Of a DNA stretch of 64,000 bases, positions 12,294 to 27,408 are shown one piece after another. Position 1 is the stretch's first letter, and every line of letters starts with the position of its first letter. The notes below the pieces were generated by a model. The model worked only from the letters and a program-made list of their open reading frames with translations. It was not told the origin of the DNA and searched no databases. Origin of the DNA: Paramecium tetraurelia (lineage: Eukaryota); the NCBI GenBank assembly GCA_000165425.1, contig CT867997.1, forward strand, positions 248,001 to 312,000. The letters run 5' to 3'. Both the position numbers and the translations under genes were made by a program.

Positions 12294-13300
12294 TAATAAA
12301 TTAATTTTATTCAATAAAGATCAGTCATTACTTATTTCAACTATTTTGAAAGTAGGCTTTTTCAAACCCAAAATAATGTGTCAAATCATTCTTTGTCAAC
12401 TCCTTTCAAAAAAAAACAAATATATAAGCCATAAAGTAATTATCTAAAATAAAATTAGAATATGTTTACAATAATAAAATCCAAAATTTTACTTAATTAT
12501 TTAATTTTATTTGTAAACACTCTGAATTCCAAACCATTTACAAAAATAAATAGTTGGTTTATTTTTCCACATTATTGAACATCTATATTTTAGTTTCAGA
12601 AACATATCTAATTCCATATATTATTTGATGTGATTTTATTCATGGATTAAAAATATTTTTAGTAGTGATGTTTTTTATTCATTATTTTTTATCTAAATTT
12701 TCACATTTAACCAAAATATTAAATTTCTAGTTTTAGACTGTTCTAACTCTAAAAGTTGGCACTTGTTCTACTTGGATGCTCTTTCAATAAATATATGTAA
12801 ATAATTATTTCGTCGCAACATATTGAAATCCCCTCTAAGAAACTATTAAGTCTTTTTTAGAAACAAGTCGAGGGTGCATTAACCAAATTTAAATTATTGT
12901 TGTCTCTAATTTCTTTCATTAAATTTCACATATATTATTAGTAAAGATAAATATAGAATTATAGTAGAATTTATCAATTCTTATATGGAATTTTGAGTTT
13001 CGAACAACTAGTAGTGCTTAATATTGAATTGCAAAGCTATTAGATCAGTTATTATTGACTTTTAGATGAATATCTCTAAATGATTATAATCTCATCATCT
13101 TAAACAAAAGTTCCAATTTAAATTGGATTATGATTAGGATTGAGACCTAGGGTAAATGATTTGAACATAGCAATAAATGAATGGCAGAATGAGAATTTAA
13201 AGATTTATTATTTATTTATCTTCAATTATTTAATACCATATTAATAGTATAGTTTATAATTTTACTAATTCATTAGTTAAAAAAAATAATTCGCGGTCTA

Positions 13301-16300
13301 ATGAAGTAAACTACTCTTCAAAGATTCTTAACTTCTTCTTAGAAAAAGAATGATACAAGCAGCTTAAATGTTAATAAGACCTCAAATTCTAATACTGTAT
13401 TCGAAGAAAAAAAGGTAGACATCTAATACATTAAGCCTTCAACTTCAATCACAAAAGAAGAAGTTTAGGCTATTAAAGATAAATTACTTGAAAAAGCACA
13501 AGAAAGGCCATAATAATTCAGTAGGTTGAAAAGGAATAATGTAGTAGAAAGTGATGAAGAATAAGAAAAAAAAAATGAATTTTTAGATGAGTTCAAAATT
13601 GAAAAATTTTCTTTTGTATGCTCTTAAGAAAAGAATAAAGAGAGGAAATCTTTAGCCGTGTTTGTTAAATAAGACATTCCAAAAAATAATATTAAATCCT
13701 AGTAGAAGTAAAAAAAGTCAGAATATGATAAATCAGGCAAAATGAAAAAATAATCTGTAAAATTAGAAGAAGAGGAACCTGATGATTTTTAAGAAAATAA
13801 GCAAGGAAACCTAGATTTCAAGCTTCCAACAGATAAAATTAATGTGCATGAAGAATTTGATGATGTGACCCCTCAATGGGCAACTATTGGTTCATCAAGA
13901 GATAAAAGTGGTAAATTACACGGGACTTCAGATGCAGATCCAACTACCCTCTTTATTCCTTAAAATGAATTCAATAAATTAACCAAATGTATGCAATAAT
14001 TTTGGAAGTATAAGAGTGAGAACTTCGATAAGATCATATTTTTTAAATTAGGAAAATTTTATGAATTATTTTATGAAGATGCTTACATTGGAAATAAGTA
14101 TTTAGATTTAAATTGGATGGGACGAAAGATGTAACAAATTGTATATATATGATTATAGGCATACAGGATTCCCAGAAAAAGCTGTCCACAAATATAAGGC
14201 TCTGTTATTGGAGTATGGATACAAGGTTGTAATAGTAGATTAAACAGAAACTCCAGAATAGATGAATCAAAGAGTGGCTTAAAATAAGAAAGCTGGAGTG
14301 GGGAATACTGATAAAATAGTTCAAAGATCAGTAAGTGAGATCTTGACAAAAGGAACATATTTGTATGAGGAGGGAGAATCATAAATGAATCTAGATGAAA
14401 AGGTTTTACTAGTGATAAGAAAGAAAATCTTATCAAACACAATAGAGGAATATGGAATGGCTATTTTGGAAAGATAAACAAATACAATATCACTTGCATT
14501 TATTGAAAATCGAGATAAAAACTATGAATCTCTTAAGACATTATTATTGCATATGAGGCCAGTGGAAACAGTTATTGATTCTAATAATCTACCTTCATTT
14601 GATCCAATAACTAAAATGATATCGGGATCTGTTATCAAAAGTGTTATTTCCCATATAACAGCCTCAAAAGATAATTGGGATGAAAAGAAGGCTCTATTTA
14701 GATTAGAATAATATTATTAAAATGGACTTCCTGCAGCGATTAAGTTTTATAAAAATAACTAAGTTGTTCTTTAGGCTTTGAATGGATTGTTTACTTACTT
14801 GAATTAGATCTTAATTTTAGATCGAGTCTTGGGATGTGCCTAATTCAAATTATATGATGAAGAATTTTCACTTCAACAATGTATGATTCTAGATAGTTAA
14901 GCAATTGTATATTATCTATTTAATATTCTAGTATCATTTAGAGATTCTGCAAACTACTAATTAAGTAGATAAAAAAGATTTCTCTTTGTTTGGTGTCTTA
15001 AACAAAACTGTTACTCCTGGTGGACATCGATTACTGAGAAGGTGGGTTTGTGCACCCCTTTATTAAATTGATCAAATTAGAGAGAGATAAACCATGGTTT
15101 GCGATATAAGCAACTTTAGAAAAGAAAGAGATCTATTTAGATAGAGTATTAAGTAATTTCCAGATTTTGAAAGAAGATGCAGTAGAATATACGAATATTC
15201 AATTAAAACTGAAAGTAAAGCAGTATTCTATGAAAACCTTTCTGAACAACGACTAAAAGAATTTAAGAATCTTACTAAAAGTTTGAGATTGGCATAACAA
15301 GAAATAGCATTATTTGGTCAATATAAAATAAATTTCAGAAGTGAGAGATTAAGAAATATGATGACTTATGAAGCAGATGGAGGCTTACTACCAAATGTTA
15401 AAGAGTAATTAGATGAATTCGAATAATATATTATATGGGAAAAGGAAAAAGATAAAGAAGTTCCTAAACCAGTTACAGGAGTCTTAGAGAGCTATGATTA
15501 ATCAGTTGCTGAGGTTGAGTTAGTAGAATAAAAGCTTGATAGTTATCTCTAACAAATAAAAAGAAAACTGTTTAAGAATAATAGTAACATCTAATATGCA
15601 CACGCCAAGTTCAGATATGAAATTGAAATTCCAGATGAGTTAGTTTAAAAGTCAAAACCTGAAGATTTTGAATTCACTTCTTCAAGATAGGGATATAAGA
15701 GATATTTAACTTAAGAAATTAAGGATTTAGTTACCGAATTAGAACAAGCTGAAGAAACTAAAAAGTAATAGCTCACTGCATTTGGTAATTTCATATTCAA
15801 GCATTTTCATTCTAATTAGCATGTTTGGGATTCTCTTATAAAGATATTAAACGAATTGGATGCTTTATGTTCCTTAAGTGTATATGGAGATACATCAGAA
15901 GGAAAAATGACAGTGCCAAAATTTACTACTGATAAAATTAAATTAGTTATCAAAGAAGGAAAACATCCTTGTTTGACCAACATCAATTTTGTTTCAAATT
16001 CAATTGATATGGGGGAAAAGCTTACTAAATTTTAATTATTGACCGGTCCCAATATGGGAGGCAAAAGCACTACTTTGAGAATGGTTTGCATACTCGCAGT
16101 TTTAGCATAAATTGGATGTTCAGTTCCATGCGAAGAAATGGAACTCTCTCCTATCGATAGAATATTTACAAGGATAGGAGCTAAAGATTATTTAATGGAA
16201 GGAAAATCAACTTTTTATGTTGAGTTAGAAGAAACATTAATACCATTAAAATATGGAACCAAAAATTCTTTATTTATCACTGATGAATTAGGAAGAGGCA

Positions 16301-16680
16301 CTTCTACATATGATGGAGTTGCTATTGCCTCTGCTGTTATGCATTATCTTATTAAGACTATTTAATGTAGAGTGCTATTTGCAACTCATTTTAGGATTTT
16401 AATCGAGGAAGCCAAACTAATTAGCGAAGTGACTAATGTTCATATGGCTTGTTATATTTCAAATGGAAAAGTCATTTTTCTTTATAGATTAAAGGAAGGA
16501 GCATGTGAAGCTTCTTTTGGAATAAATGTTGCGAAAGTTGTGGGAATTGAAGATTCAATAATAATGAAGGCTGAAGAAATGGCGAATTTTTTTGAAAATA
16601 AAGTGCAAAAGAACACAGAACAAACTCTACAAAAATTTAATTAAATTATAAATGAATATGGGATTATTTAAGGATATTGA
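13301..16680 (+). CDS. MSH6: DNA mismatch repair protein MSH6
   Basis: N-terminal PIP-like box QTTLQRFL, mismatch-binding FFKLGKFYELFYEDA, Walker A LTGPNMGGKST, DELGRGTSTYDG, and LFATH. Introns from ~14131 and ~14907. Confidence 0.93.
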
Positions 16681-16965
16681 TATTATTTTTTATTAAAATA
16701 AATTATTATAACTTGATCTAATTCGATAATAATAAGAATAATAAAGTAGTTAAATTATATGTAATATATTTAGAGTAAATTATTCATTTGTGATTTTGTT
16801 CAGTGTATTCATTATGAATTAATTTGATTTGAGGATATTTAATATGAATAAAAATAATATAGATAGGGTTAATATGTTATTTTAATATCTAATGTATTTT
16901 AATTTCTATTCATCAATTTTTCGATATTACCATCAATATTATTTACAATTTATTTTCAATAATTA

Positions 16966-19662
16966 ATGAATGAAACAAAAATTAATGAATATTTATAAAA
17001 AAATAGAAAGGAGAAAGAATGGTTGAATAGAAAATAATTAAAATATTTAAGAGACACTGCAGTTACGAGCGATGATTCAGGAGATGAGTTGGAGAAGAAA
17101 AAGGAATTCAAAATTTTGTTAAAATAAAAAAGAAAATTTTAATGGGAATAAAGAAGTTTAAATTTTATGAGTTCAAAGCATACTAGATTATATTAGAAAA
17201 CATGTGCGATCAAATTTCAGCACTATCTAATTTTATTCAATTCTTAGTTAAGAAAGTTAAAAAAGCATTTAGCACCTTAACCTCCTTATACAATGACTCC
17301 TGATGGATCGATAAAATTAATTTGGGATTTAATTTGCCTAGGATTCGTTATTTACGAAATGATTAGTATTCCCTTTTAAATTAGTTTCGAAATAGAAATC
17401 AGTAATGAAATTTCAAATTTATCATTGGGAGTGTTTGCTTTTGATATACTATTGAATTTTAATACTGGAGTTTACATAGATGGTTCTCTTTAAATGAATA
17501 GAAGATAAATATTTAAAAATTATTTATCATTTTGGTTCTGGATTGATTTGGTCTCAACATTCCCTTATGAAATTATTATTGATGAGTCATAATAACTTAT
17601 TTAGAGTGCTAAATTATTAAGACTATTTAAATTTTTGAAATTCGTTAGAGTTTTAAAATTACTAAGATTAGCAAAACTCAAAAAAATAATTGATAAAATT
17701 GATGAATATATATAAACATCTCGAATTGTTGGGGTGATCATAACTTTTATAAAATTGTTTGTATTTGTACTATTTTTTGCTCATGTTCTAGGATGCATAT
17801 TTCATTATACTGCTCTTTAAGAAGAACATTCTTGGTTGGGAGATTAAGAAGAAAGCGATTGGTAGACTAGATATATTTTTTCTCTTTATTGGGGTGTTGC
17901 AACAATGACTACAGTCGGATATGGAGATATAAGTCCATTAACTGCTCCTGAAAGATTGTTAGGCATCTTTTTATTATTAGTGGCTTGTGGAGGATTTGCA
18001 TTTACTATGAATTCAATTGGATTTGCATTATCTTCTCTCGAAGAAAAATCAAATGTTAGAAAATAAAAGGTGAGTCTCTTGAATAAATACATGAAAAAAG
18101 CGTAAATTCCAGATCTTCTTTAAAATAAGGTTAGGAAATACTTAGAGTTTGTTTGGGATAGTCACTAAATTCTATTAAAAGATATAACAAAATTGTTATC
18201 CGATGAGTTAGCAAGTGACATTTAAGAATTAGTAAATGGAAAACTATTTGGACATGCAGATATCCTATGGAGTTTGCATACAAAGAGATTTCTCATATAA
18301 GGTATTGTTCCAATTTTGGAGGATAAGTTATTCTTTCCAGATGAAATAATATTTCTTGAAGCTCCTGCAATCAGTTATGACTTATATTTAATATAAAAAG
18401 GAGAGGTGGATATATATTTCATGAAAACAAACATCGTAATTGATAATAAGATAAAGAATGATTATTTTGGAGAAATCAGCTTTTTTTCTAATCAAATGAG
18501 ATCAGCCAGTGCAATAAGTAGAAACTTTTCTCATATTTTTGTACTAAATTAATAGAAATTCTTAGAAATTGCCAAAATTTACCCAAGAGATCTGCAATAG
18601 TATTTTAAAGTAAGGGATGCAATAATCTTTGAATCAGATTATAGTTATTTACAAATTAGATGCTATGTCTGCTAAATGGATGATCATTTGGCTAAAGAAT
18701 GTCCAGTATTACATTTTTAAGTGTAAATTCTTTTAATTATTTAGTAATGCCTCTCATTTTCTTTCTTTTTTGCATCAATATCGTAAGATTGAATAAACTG
18801 TGTATATTAGAAAAGATAGACAGGATTTTAATGCAAGATCTTCAGCATATTAAATATAATAAACTTAGAAGCGTTTTCTTTAAATTAATAATAAAAGAAT
18901 ATCATTTCTCAATTCTAAAGGAATAGTTGATACAATCTTTACAAATTACTATAATATTGAAGAGGATAACAATTCTGTTGATGACGATACTCCTTCAAGA
19001 ATAATAACATCTTTACAAGTCTCTATTTTTAATAATAAAAATAAAAAAAAGTTTGATTAATTGAAATTTGATTATGAAGAGGCTTCAAATTATTCTAAAA
19101 GTAAAGTTGGTTTATTAACTTAAAGAATTATGATAGAAGAATAATACATTGATTAAATAGCTTCTGATCGCTTTAATGATTTTTTGGATTAAATTAATAC
19201 ATTGAAATACAAAAAATAAAAATACTCACATATTCATTTTTCAGAAATATCAAATTTTGATAAAGTTTCAAGCTATTAGAATTTTTGTTAAAGAGATAAT
19301 GTTGAGTTTGTTTTAGAAAGATATCATAAAATATAAAAAAAAGGATCCATATCATAGATTCCACCAAAATATAGTTCATTTGGCGTTGAAGAATTTTAAT
19401 CATATTTATAATATTATTGTTTTCATTTGAAATAAGAGGACCTAAAAAGGTACTTTACTAAATCTCAATTACAAAAGAAGGATACTATGTTTGAATTTGA
19501 AAATACAAGAGTCTTCCAATTAACAAGAATAGAAAAGAAAAGAAATAAATTCATTACTAAAAATTCAAAAGTAAAATAATCATAGAATATTAGTTTAGAA
19601 GTGTTGTAACAAAAATTCTAAGTATAAATTCATTAAAAAGCAACTCTCGTATTAGTTTTTGA
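16966..19662 (+). CDS. Cyclic-nucleotide-binding-domain (EAG/KCNH-like) voltage-gated K+ channel
   Basis: S4 LLRLFKFLKFVRVLKLLRLAKLKK, pore TMTTVGYGDISP, C-linker, CNBD FGEISFF..RSASA, and a CYVC..DHLAKECP knuckle. Introns at ~18723-18744 and 19571-19593 give the stop at 19660-19662. Confidence 0.92.
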
Positions 19663-19720
19663 TGTAAAATTTAGTATTATTTTTGATATCTAAATTTTAT
19701 AAAAATTTTAGTTAAATAAA

Positions 19721-22700
19721 TCATCTAAATAAGCCTCCTTTCTTCCTTTGGTTCATCTAACTTACTATGGCCTAGAATTTTGTTCTTTCTTGATCAGTTA
19801 GTTCCAACATCTTCGATAGAATTTAAAAGTAATCTTCAGTTTCTTAAGCCCTTAAAGATAATAATTAAAATTTACTAATTTTATAGTGATACAAGGAAAG
19901 ACTAAAGTAATTATTTTATCTGTTATTTCAAAGATTTTGTATCCGTTTAGTTAATTGTTTATGATAGCTGATAATTCTCTCTCTTTAAATCAGATATCAT
20001 CTTAACCATTTTTTGTTCCTCCTATTAATAATCAATTAAATTCATTTTGTACTTTTCAATTTCTTATTTATAACTGTCTATTTCTAATTATAAATCATAA
20101 AATTTGGTATTATTATTTTCATTTTATTATTGTAATTATTGTGCAAGTTAATTTTAAAATTCTTTAATTTATAAACTACTTTTAGTATGTCCACTTTAAA
20201 CAGTAGGATCAATTATTGTTGCATTATTAATGGAGCTGTGCTCGAATTTTCTAATCTCTTGATTATCAATTGAACTTAAATCAAGACTTTAATTAGCACT
20301 CTCATTCCATTTTTGTTCCAATTAATCCTTTAAATTTTATACCTATAATTTTAGATAATTATTTTCAACAGAGGCATTATCAAATTGTTCCTTCTTTTAT
20401 TTTAATTCTTACTAAAATTAATCTCTTTCAGATATAGCATTTTTCAATACATCCTTAAAATGAGTCATCATATCAGGATTTTCATTGTTGATAGTTAAAG
20501 TTTATGAAAACATCTCATCATATTATTATTACTACTATTATAATTATTTTTTTAACTTCTATATTTCTTATTCGTTAGCAGTTTCAGACTCTTCGATTTT
20601 CTCTTGCAAAGTTTAAATTTTTTTCATAAATAATTAAGTCAAAAATCTTAACTTTTCGAGACAGAATTCTTCTGTATTTTTGATGGTATCACCAATCTCC
20701 TTACTTATTTTTGGATAGTCTTTAATTAACTTTTATATTTATTCCATTCTATTGTTTTGTCTTTAAAATTTGATATCATTTTTCATCATCTACTCTTCTT
20801 AATCCTTATACTTTTTCCTTAAAACTTCATTATCATTTTAAAGCTAATTTAGCTTTTTTCCTTTTTCCTCCAATTATAAATTCTGATTATAGACAGTTTC
20901 TTTCAAATTTCTAATCGTTTCTTCTTTTTCAGAAAAATAAACCTAAAATCTCTATGTCTGATCCTTAAGGTTTTCAATCTTATCATTAAGATCTTCATTG
21001 ATATTAGTTAGATTATCTATTTCTGAGAGATTTTTTCTTTATGCTAATTAAAGTTATTGTATTTCCTCATCCTTTGATGAAAGCTTGTCAAATATTTATT
21101 AACTAAATTGTTTCTCTTTAATTAATTACTATTCTAGTTTTTATAGTTTTAAATAAATATCTTAGGTCTTAATTTCCTGTCCAGATAGTAAATCTCTATT
21201 TTATTCTTTTAGAGATTAAATTTACTCTTATTAATGATCAATCGTAACCTAAAAGCTTGCTTGAATTTCATTAATCATGGTTTGTTATCTCTGTCTTTAT
21301 TACTCTAACTATTGGATTTCATTTTTGAGATTAGGAATTAACTTACATTTTTCATTTTATTAATCTATTGCACTATTTTTTTCTTAGATTTAACCTTAAT
21401 ATAACAAATTTTAGCTTTCTAATCTTTAGATTTCTTCTTTTAATTCTAAATTTATTTATTACTGCTGTTATAATTTTTAATTAGTCTCTTGTAATTGGTT
21501 TTTTAAGTCACTCCTGTCAGTAGACAAAGATTAAATTTCTTATTTTCTATTCTCATCAGCAAATAGCATATTTTCTTACTGAGACATTAGCTATTATATT
21601 TTCTCTTTAAAGCTTTTGACAACCGATTCCTATTATTATTATAATTAATTTAAGTGCTTATAAATTTAGGGATTTATTTTAACTTGTACTCTCAACATAT
21701 CATCTAACTCTTAATGATTTAATTTCAATTAGGCTATTTATGAATTGATCACACTAAGCTTCTTAACCAATTTAACCAAAATTGTTTGATATGTTTTATT
21801 AAACTTTACTAATTAATCCTTAATAAAATTAGTTGAGTGTTATTATTATCTTTTGCATTTGCCAAACTCGATTAATATAGAATGTAATTTCCTTTTAGCA
21901 TTTTCAATTTTTAACTTTGAATTTACTTACTATGAGGATAATTCGGTTTCTAAATTTTCTATTTTTTGTAAGTATTTAAGCTCCTCATTCTTCACCAAAG
22001 CTTCATATTTCTATTGTCTTTATTATTATAACTCTAACTTTTACTACAAATCCTTTAACATATCTTTACCTTCATTCATTTAAGTTTTCAAATAGTCCTT
22101 TTCATCATTTAATTAAGATATTTTTTATTCTTATAAATTAAGTTATGTATTTTTTGATATTATTTCTGATTCTTATAAAATCTTTTCCTCTTTTATTTTA
22201 CTTACTTCTTATTAAAACTGCTTAAGTTCATCTTAAATTGTCTACTCATTCTAATTTTTCTGTGAAATTTCTTCTTAAAGATTTTCAACTGAGGAAATAA
22301 GCTTTTTGTTCTCTTATTGCGCTACAAGTAAACGATCCTCCAATTCTCTGCTCTTTTTCAGACTCTCCTAACATTCTTATTCTTTAGTTTATATTCCCTA
22401 ATTTAATTAATTAATAGTAATTTCTAATTCCTGTAATTTTTATTGATTTTCCTGGAATTTTTCATTTGTTTATCTAATTTGATTTTGTAATTCTCCAATT
22501 AATTTCATTTTTTCATCCAATTAAATATTTTTTTCTTTTAATTCTTTTATTTCTTGGTTTTTTAGTTATAATTATGCATCCTTTTCAGCAATTTATTTTT
22601 CCTTCATACTATCAATATCTTTCTAAATATTTGAACTTAAGACCTTTAATTCATTTTACAATTATAAGTTATCTTAATTCAACTTCTCAATTTAGTTTTA

Positions 22701-25700
22701 ATAATTTAGTATTTCATTATCAGTTTATTTTTTCTAAATTTCCAAAATCTATTAATTTTATTATAAAATTTCTATTTTTTATAAAAATTAAGTCTTTTAA
22801 TCCTCTATTTCATTAGAATAATTATCTAATTATAAGTTCTTTTCGCTTAATTCTTCTTCGATTTTTTCCTTTTCATATTAGATTTAGACTATTTATTTTT
22901 ATAGGATCTCAACTAAATTTTAGGCTTCTCTATTTTCATTTATTAACTCCTAAATCTTTTAATTCTATATTTATTCTTATTACCTAGCATTAGCTCGAAT
23001 GTTTTATTCTTCTTAAGTTAAATCTTTCAACTAGGTTTGCAAGTTTAAATTTTCTTCTTAATTTAAGAGATGTTACTATTTCAATGTATCGACTTCTTCA
23101 ATAAGAGATTAATTTTAAATTAATCTATTCTTTAACTCTTATTAATTTTATTCATTTTCTTCTCTCTATTAGTTTAGGGAGTTTTAAATAGTTTATCTAT
23201 TTGAAGATTCATTTTGATAATTCTACTCTAATTTAAGAATTTAATTTTCCAAGTCTTTTTATTCTGATATTTTCTTTTCATAATCTTATTTAAGTTGTGC
23301 AATTATTGTCTATTGTTACTATTCCAAACCTTAAAGTTGTTAATTGGCATTCTTCAAAACATCATTATCTTCAAGAAGGTTCTTTTTTTCACTTTAAAGT
23401 TGTAAGCTTATGCTTTCGATTTAAGATTTTTATTCGTCAATTTTAAGTAAAAGTTACTATATTTATTAGTCTTTCTAATTATTTTATTATTTAGATTCCT
23501 CTATCTAAGAGAGTTGTGATTGCAAATTTCTTTACAACTCTTAGATATTCTAATTTAGTTCTGCTATTTAATTTTTATCTAATTATTTATGTTTTTCAGC
23601 CTCCTACAAATTACTATTTAGATTTTCATTTTGCTATTTATATTTTGATATCTAAAGTTCATATTACTAAATTTTGTTGTTTTATTGTTGAATATTCAAC
23701 TATAATTATTTCTCATTTTCTAAAGTTGTTTCATTTATTTTTTAAATTAACTCATTTTATAATGATCTAATTTATTCAGATTATGTTTAATTTTCACTTT
23801 TTTCTGCCAATAAAGCAGCGTTTAAATTTTTATTTTCCTGTTGTAAATTCTATAATAATTGTTCTTTCTCCTCTAACTATTTTTGAATTTGTGATTTTTA
23901 ATTTTGTATTTCTTTCACACTTTCTTATAGTTATTTCTCCCCTTCTCTTAAATGATTAACAAGTTCATTAAGTTAGACAATACTCTCATTTGAACTTTGA
24001 TTCTGAGACTTATTGCTTTATAATTCTTAAGATTGTTTGAATAATTGCTATTCTGATTATTCATTTTTTATTTTGAGATAATTTGTTTACTATATATATT
24101 CATTTAATTCTTGATCTTTACTCTCTAATTATTACTCTAGAGCTTCAAATTTTTTATTCAAATTTGTCAATTGAATTCCTTGTCTTTAGTTATTAACTTA
24201 TTCTTATTCAAGTTATGATGTTTAATTTTAAATTAATTTCTCTTGATTTTAAGAGATACTCATTTACGTTTCTAAACTTTCTTAAATCTGTTAATTCTTG
24301 ATTGATAATTCCTAAATTTAATTTTTTAGTGTAGAATTTTCATCCTTAAGTTTTAAGGAATCAGCTTAAAGCTCTTAAATACTCGTTTAATTTTATCCAA
24401 TTGTTTCTTAGGCTTATTCTAATGATAGTTTTAGATCATAGATTTGTGATTATAAAGATTCATTTGAATTTGCCAAATCTTTATTTTTCAAATCTGATTA
24501 TTCTATACTTTAACTGCAAAACAGATTAATTTATTCTTGCTATTATGATTATAATTAAATTAAATTTTAATCTTTGGAAATAATTTGTTCTTATAACATT
24601 TGATTCTCTTAAAGTGTTAACTCATAATCATTATTCAAGTCTTTCAATTATTATTTAAGTCTTTCATTATCCTAACTATAATTTTCCATCTATTCTTTCG
24701 AGTTTTCGAATTCTAATTATAGTTCTAGGAGTTATTATTTAAGCTTATCGTTAATTTATTATTCTTCTTATAACTCATCATTTAAAGTAGTTAATAACGC
24801 TTGAGATTTTTTTACTTCATCAAACTATTCTTATAAGGTGTTCTTCTCTTACAAAGTCTTACTAAATTCAGATTTAATTTTGGTTAATTCTTATTACGTT
24901 TATAAGAATTATTCAGATTGTTATTTCAATTATTAATTGTCTGCTTTTAGTTTGCCTAAATCGGTTTATTATTGCTTATTTAAATCTTTCTATCTATTCA
25001 AGTCTAATTAGAATTATTTATTTTATGTCTTAAGTGCTTCTATCTCTTATTGAAGTTTTTAGGTTAATAATTTTTCCTGATCATACTTAGTAGATTTTGT
25101 TTAGGCTAATTATTTTTACATTTTTAAGTCTTCCTCTTTCTATTTTAACAGAGTATTGAGTGAGTTTAACTTTTATTTTGTTTCATTCAATTCAGCATCT
25201 TTAACATTGCTTTGTTCAATTGCTGTATTTAATGTTTATTATTGTGTTTTTTATTGTTATTATGATTATGCTAATTAAGTTTCTAATTATGAAATCTAAT
25301 TTTGATAGTGATCAATTAATGCTTAATTTTGATTGTCCTTCTCTAAATTTTAATTAGTCTCTTCCAAAATTGAGTTTAAGTTATCAATTTATCCTTAAAG
25401 ATTTTACATTTCATATTAATGTTCATCTTATTTAGATTATATTTGTTCTTGTAAATTAGTGTTCTATTTTTACATTTCAAAAAGTTGTTGATTGACATTA
25501 TTTAATTCTTAGATCAAACTATCAATTTAGGATGAATAATCTTATTTTTAATTATTCATCAAATCTAAAGATTTTAGATACTGTTATTAAATAATGTTCA
25601 ATAAAAACTACTTGAATTACCCTAAAGTATTTAAAATTTATTATTTTATAACTTCACTATTACATACGTCTTCCAATATAAACTTAAACACTTATTTATG

Positions 25701-27137
25701 CTTAATAAGCTACAATTATAATTGATTCTAAACTTGAGTTCTCTCTGTCAAAGATTATTCTTGACTCATTTCTTAAACTATTTCTTACATATATTCTTAA
25801 TTCTTGTGAGGTTGTGATATGGCTTACTCCAATTAATCCATTAAAATTTATTCTAATCCATTAAGTTATGAGATATCATAGTGACCCATCATTTTCAGAT
25901 TTTATAATTCTAACTTCATTCTTTTTAATTCTTGCACTACATTTTTCAGTGTTTTAAATGATTTTTGTTTAAGAGAACTATTTTCATCTTCTAATAAGGC
26001 AATTTTATTTTATAATGAATTGAATTATTCTATTACCTAAAGATATTACTATTCATTCTATTATTACTTTTTTAAGGTTTCTTCAAGATGCTTCTACTCT
26101 AATTATGATTGCACTTAATTAATTTCTTTTTATTTTTACTAAACAATTCGATTGCATTGCTCCTCTTATTATGCTAGTTATTATTTATAGGTTTAAATCT
26201 CTTTATTTAATTGTTGAATTTATTTTGAATATTCGAGAGCAGTGCCATTCACATGTTTGGCCTATTCATCTAAATCTTTGTATTTTCTTTCTTACTCGGT
26301 GATTCTCGATTGTAATATTTAGTTATGTGATTTAGATTCATTTAATTATTTTTGGTTATCCATTAACTTGATCAATTGATTATTCAATTTCTCTATCATG
26401 CTGTTCTTAAGTTGGATTTCCTGGATGTGTAATTGCTCACTATTTTGAAGTTATTCATTAAGAATTTTGAGTTGCGGCTCTAAATCAGATCTTTAATTTT
26501 AGATCTGGTTTTAGATTTCTTCTTTTTCTCTCTTGATTGTTTCCTTCTCTTATATTAATTACTAAATAGATTTCTTCTATTCCTCAACCTTAGATTATTA
26601 AGATCTATACTTTTTTTGCTAATTAATCATCATATCCATTCTTTTCTAACAGCTTTTTATACTTTTTGACTTTGTCTTCCAAAGTCTAGAATTATTTTTC
26701 CATGTATATAGCATAATCAATCACAGATTTTTCTTAAGTTTTATTCTCTTCAATTTGCTCTCCATTTTTTTGTTTTTCTCTAGCTTTTTTAAGTTCGTCT
26801 TCCTTGTGTTTGAGTGTCTGCAGAAGTTCTTTTATATGTTTTTTGAGTGACTAATTTTTAGAGTTCAATTCATCTGTTCCCAATTTCAATTCCTTAAAGC
26901 TTAAATTCAAAAAGTTGAGCTTAATTACTAGAACATAACACATACATCCTCAACTAATTGTTTGTTTTTTTCAGCCAATTGTTGCATTTCTATTTATGAA
27001 GATGATAAAATCTTAGGTTTCGGAGGCGATGTCTCTCTTGATTTATAGTCTGATTGCAACTAAGACAGTAATTCCTGATTTCTCAAATTAACTGTCTCCA
27101 GTAGATTATTCAATTTGTGTAGTCCTTGAGCCTTCAT
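19721..27137 (-). CDS. Giant (~2400 aa) coiled-coil protein with GRIP/GRAB-like C-terminus (golgin-like)
   Basis: About 7.4 kb of Q/E/K/L heptads starting MKAQGLHKLNNLLE. Ends IKQLLQSFL..ETEDYFQILSKMLELTDQERTKF..KKGGLFR*. The internal frame was not checked codon by codon. Confidence 0.75.
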
Positions 27138-27408
27138 TTAAATTTTATTAATAAAAATATATTTTTCTTAGATTTCGTATTAATTTTTTCTTAATTATTT
27201 AAAGATTTTTATCTAAAAGGATCTTCTTCATTTTATTTAATTAGGCTTTGGGACATAAATCAATGACAAAGTTGATCATAAAATACCCAGAAAATTATTA
27301 TAACTATTTTGAATTGAGATTGTATATTTTGATTAATGGAATGGTTTTATATTAAAATTAATTAAAGACTCTCTATTGTTCTAATAAAAACGGATTATTA
27401 ATATTAAA

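Noticed and set aside
12680..12919. Minus-strand ORF starting MKEIRDNN
   Set aside because: Closes after ~77 codons, which is expected by chance with a single stop codon; no recognisable domain.
19560..19800. K+ channel seeming to lack a stop and overlap the convergent gene
   Set aside because: A 23-nt intron at 19571-19593 gives a TGA at 19660-19662.
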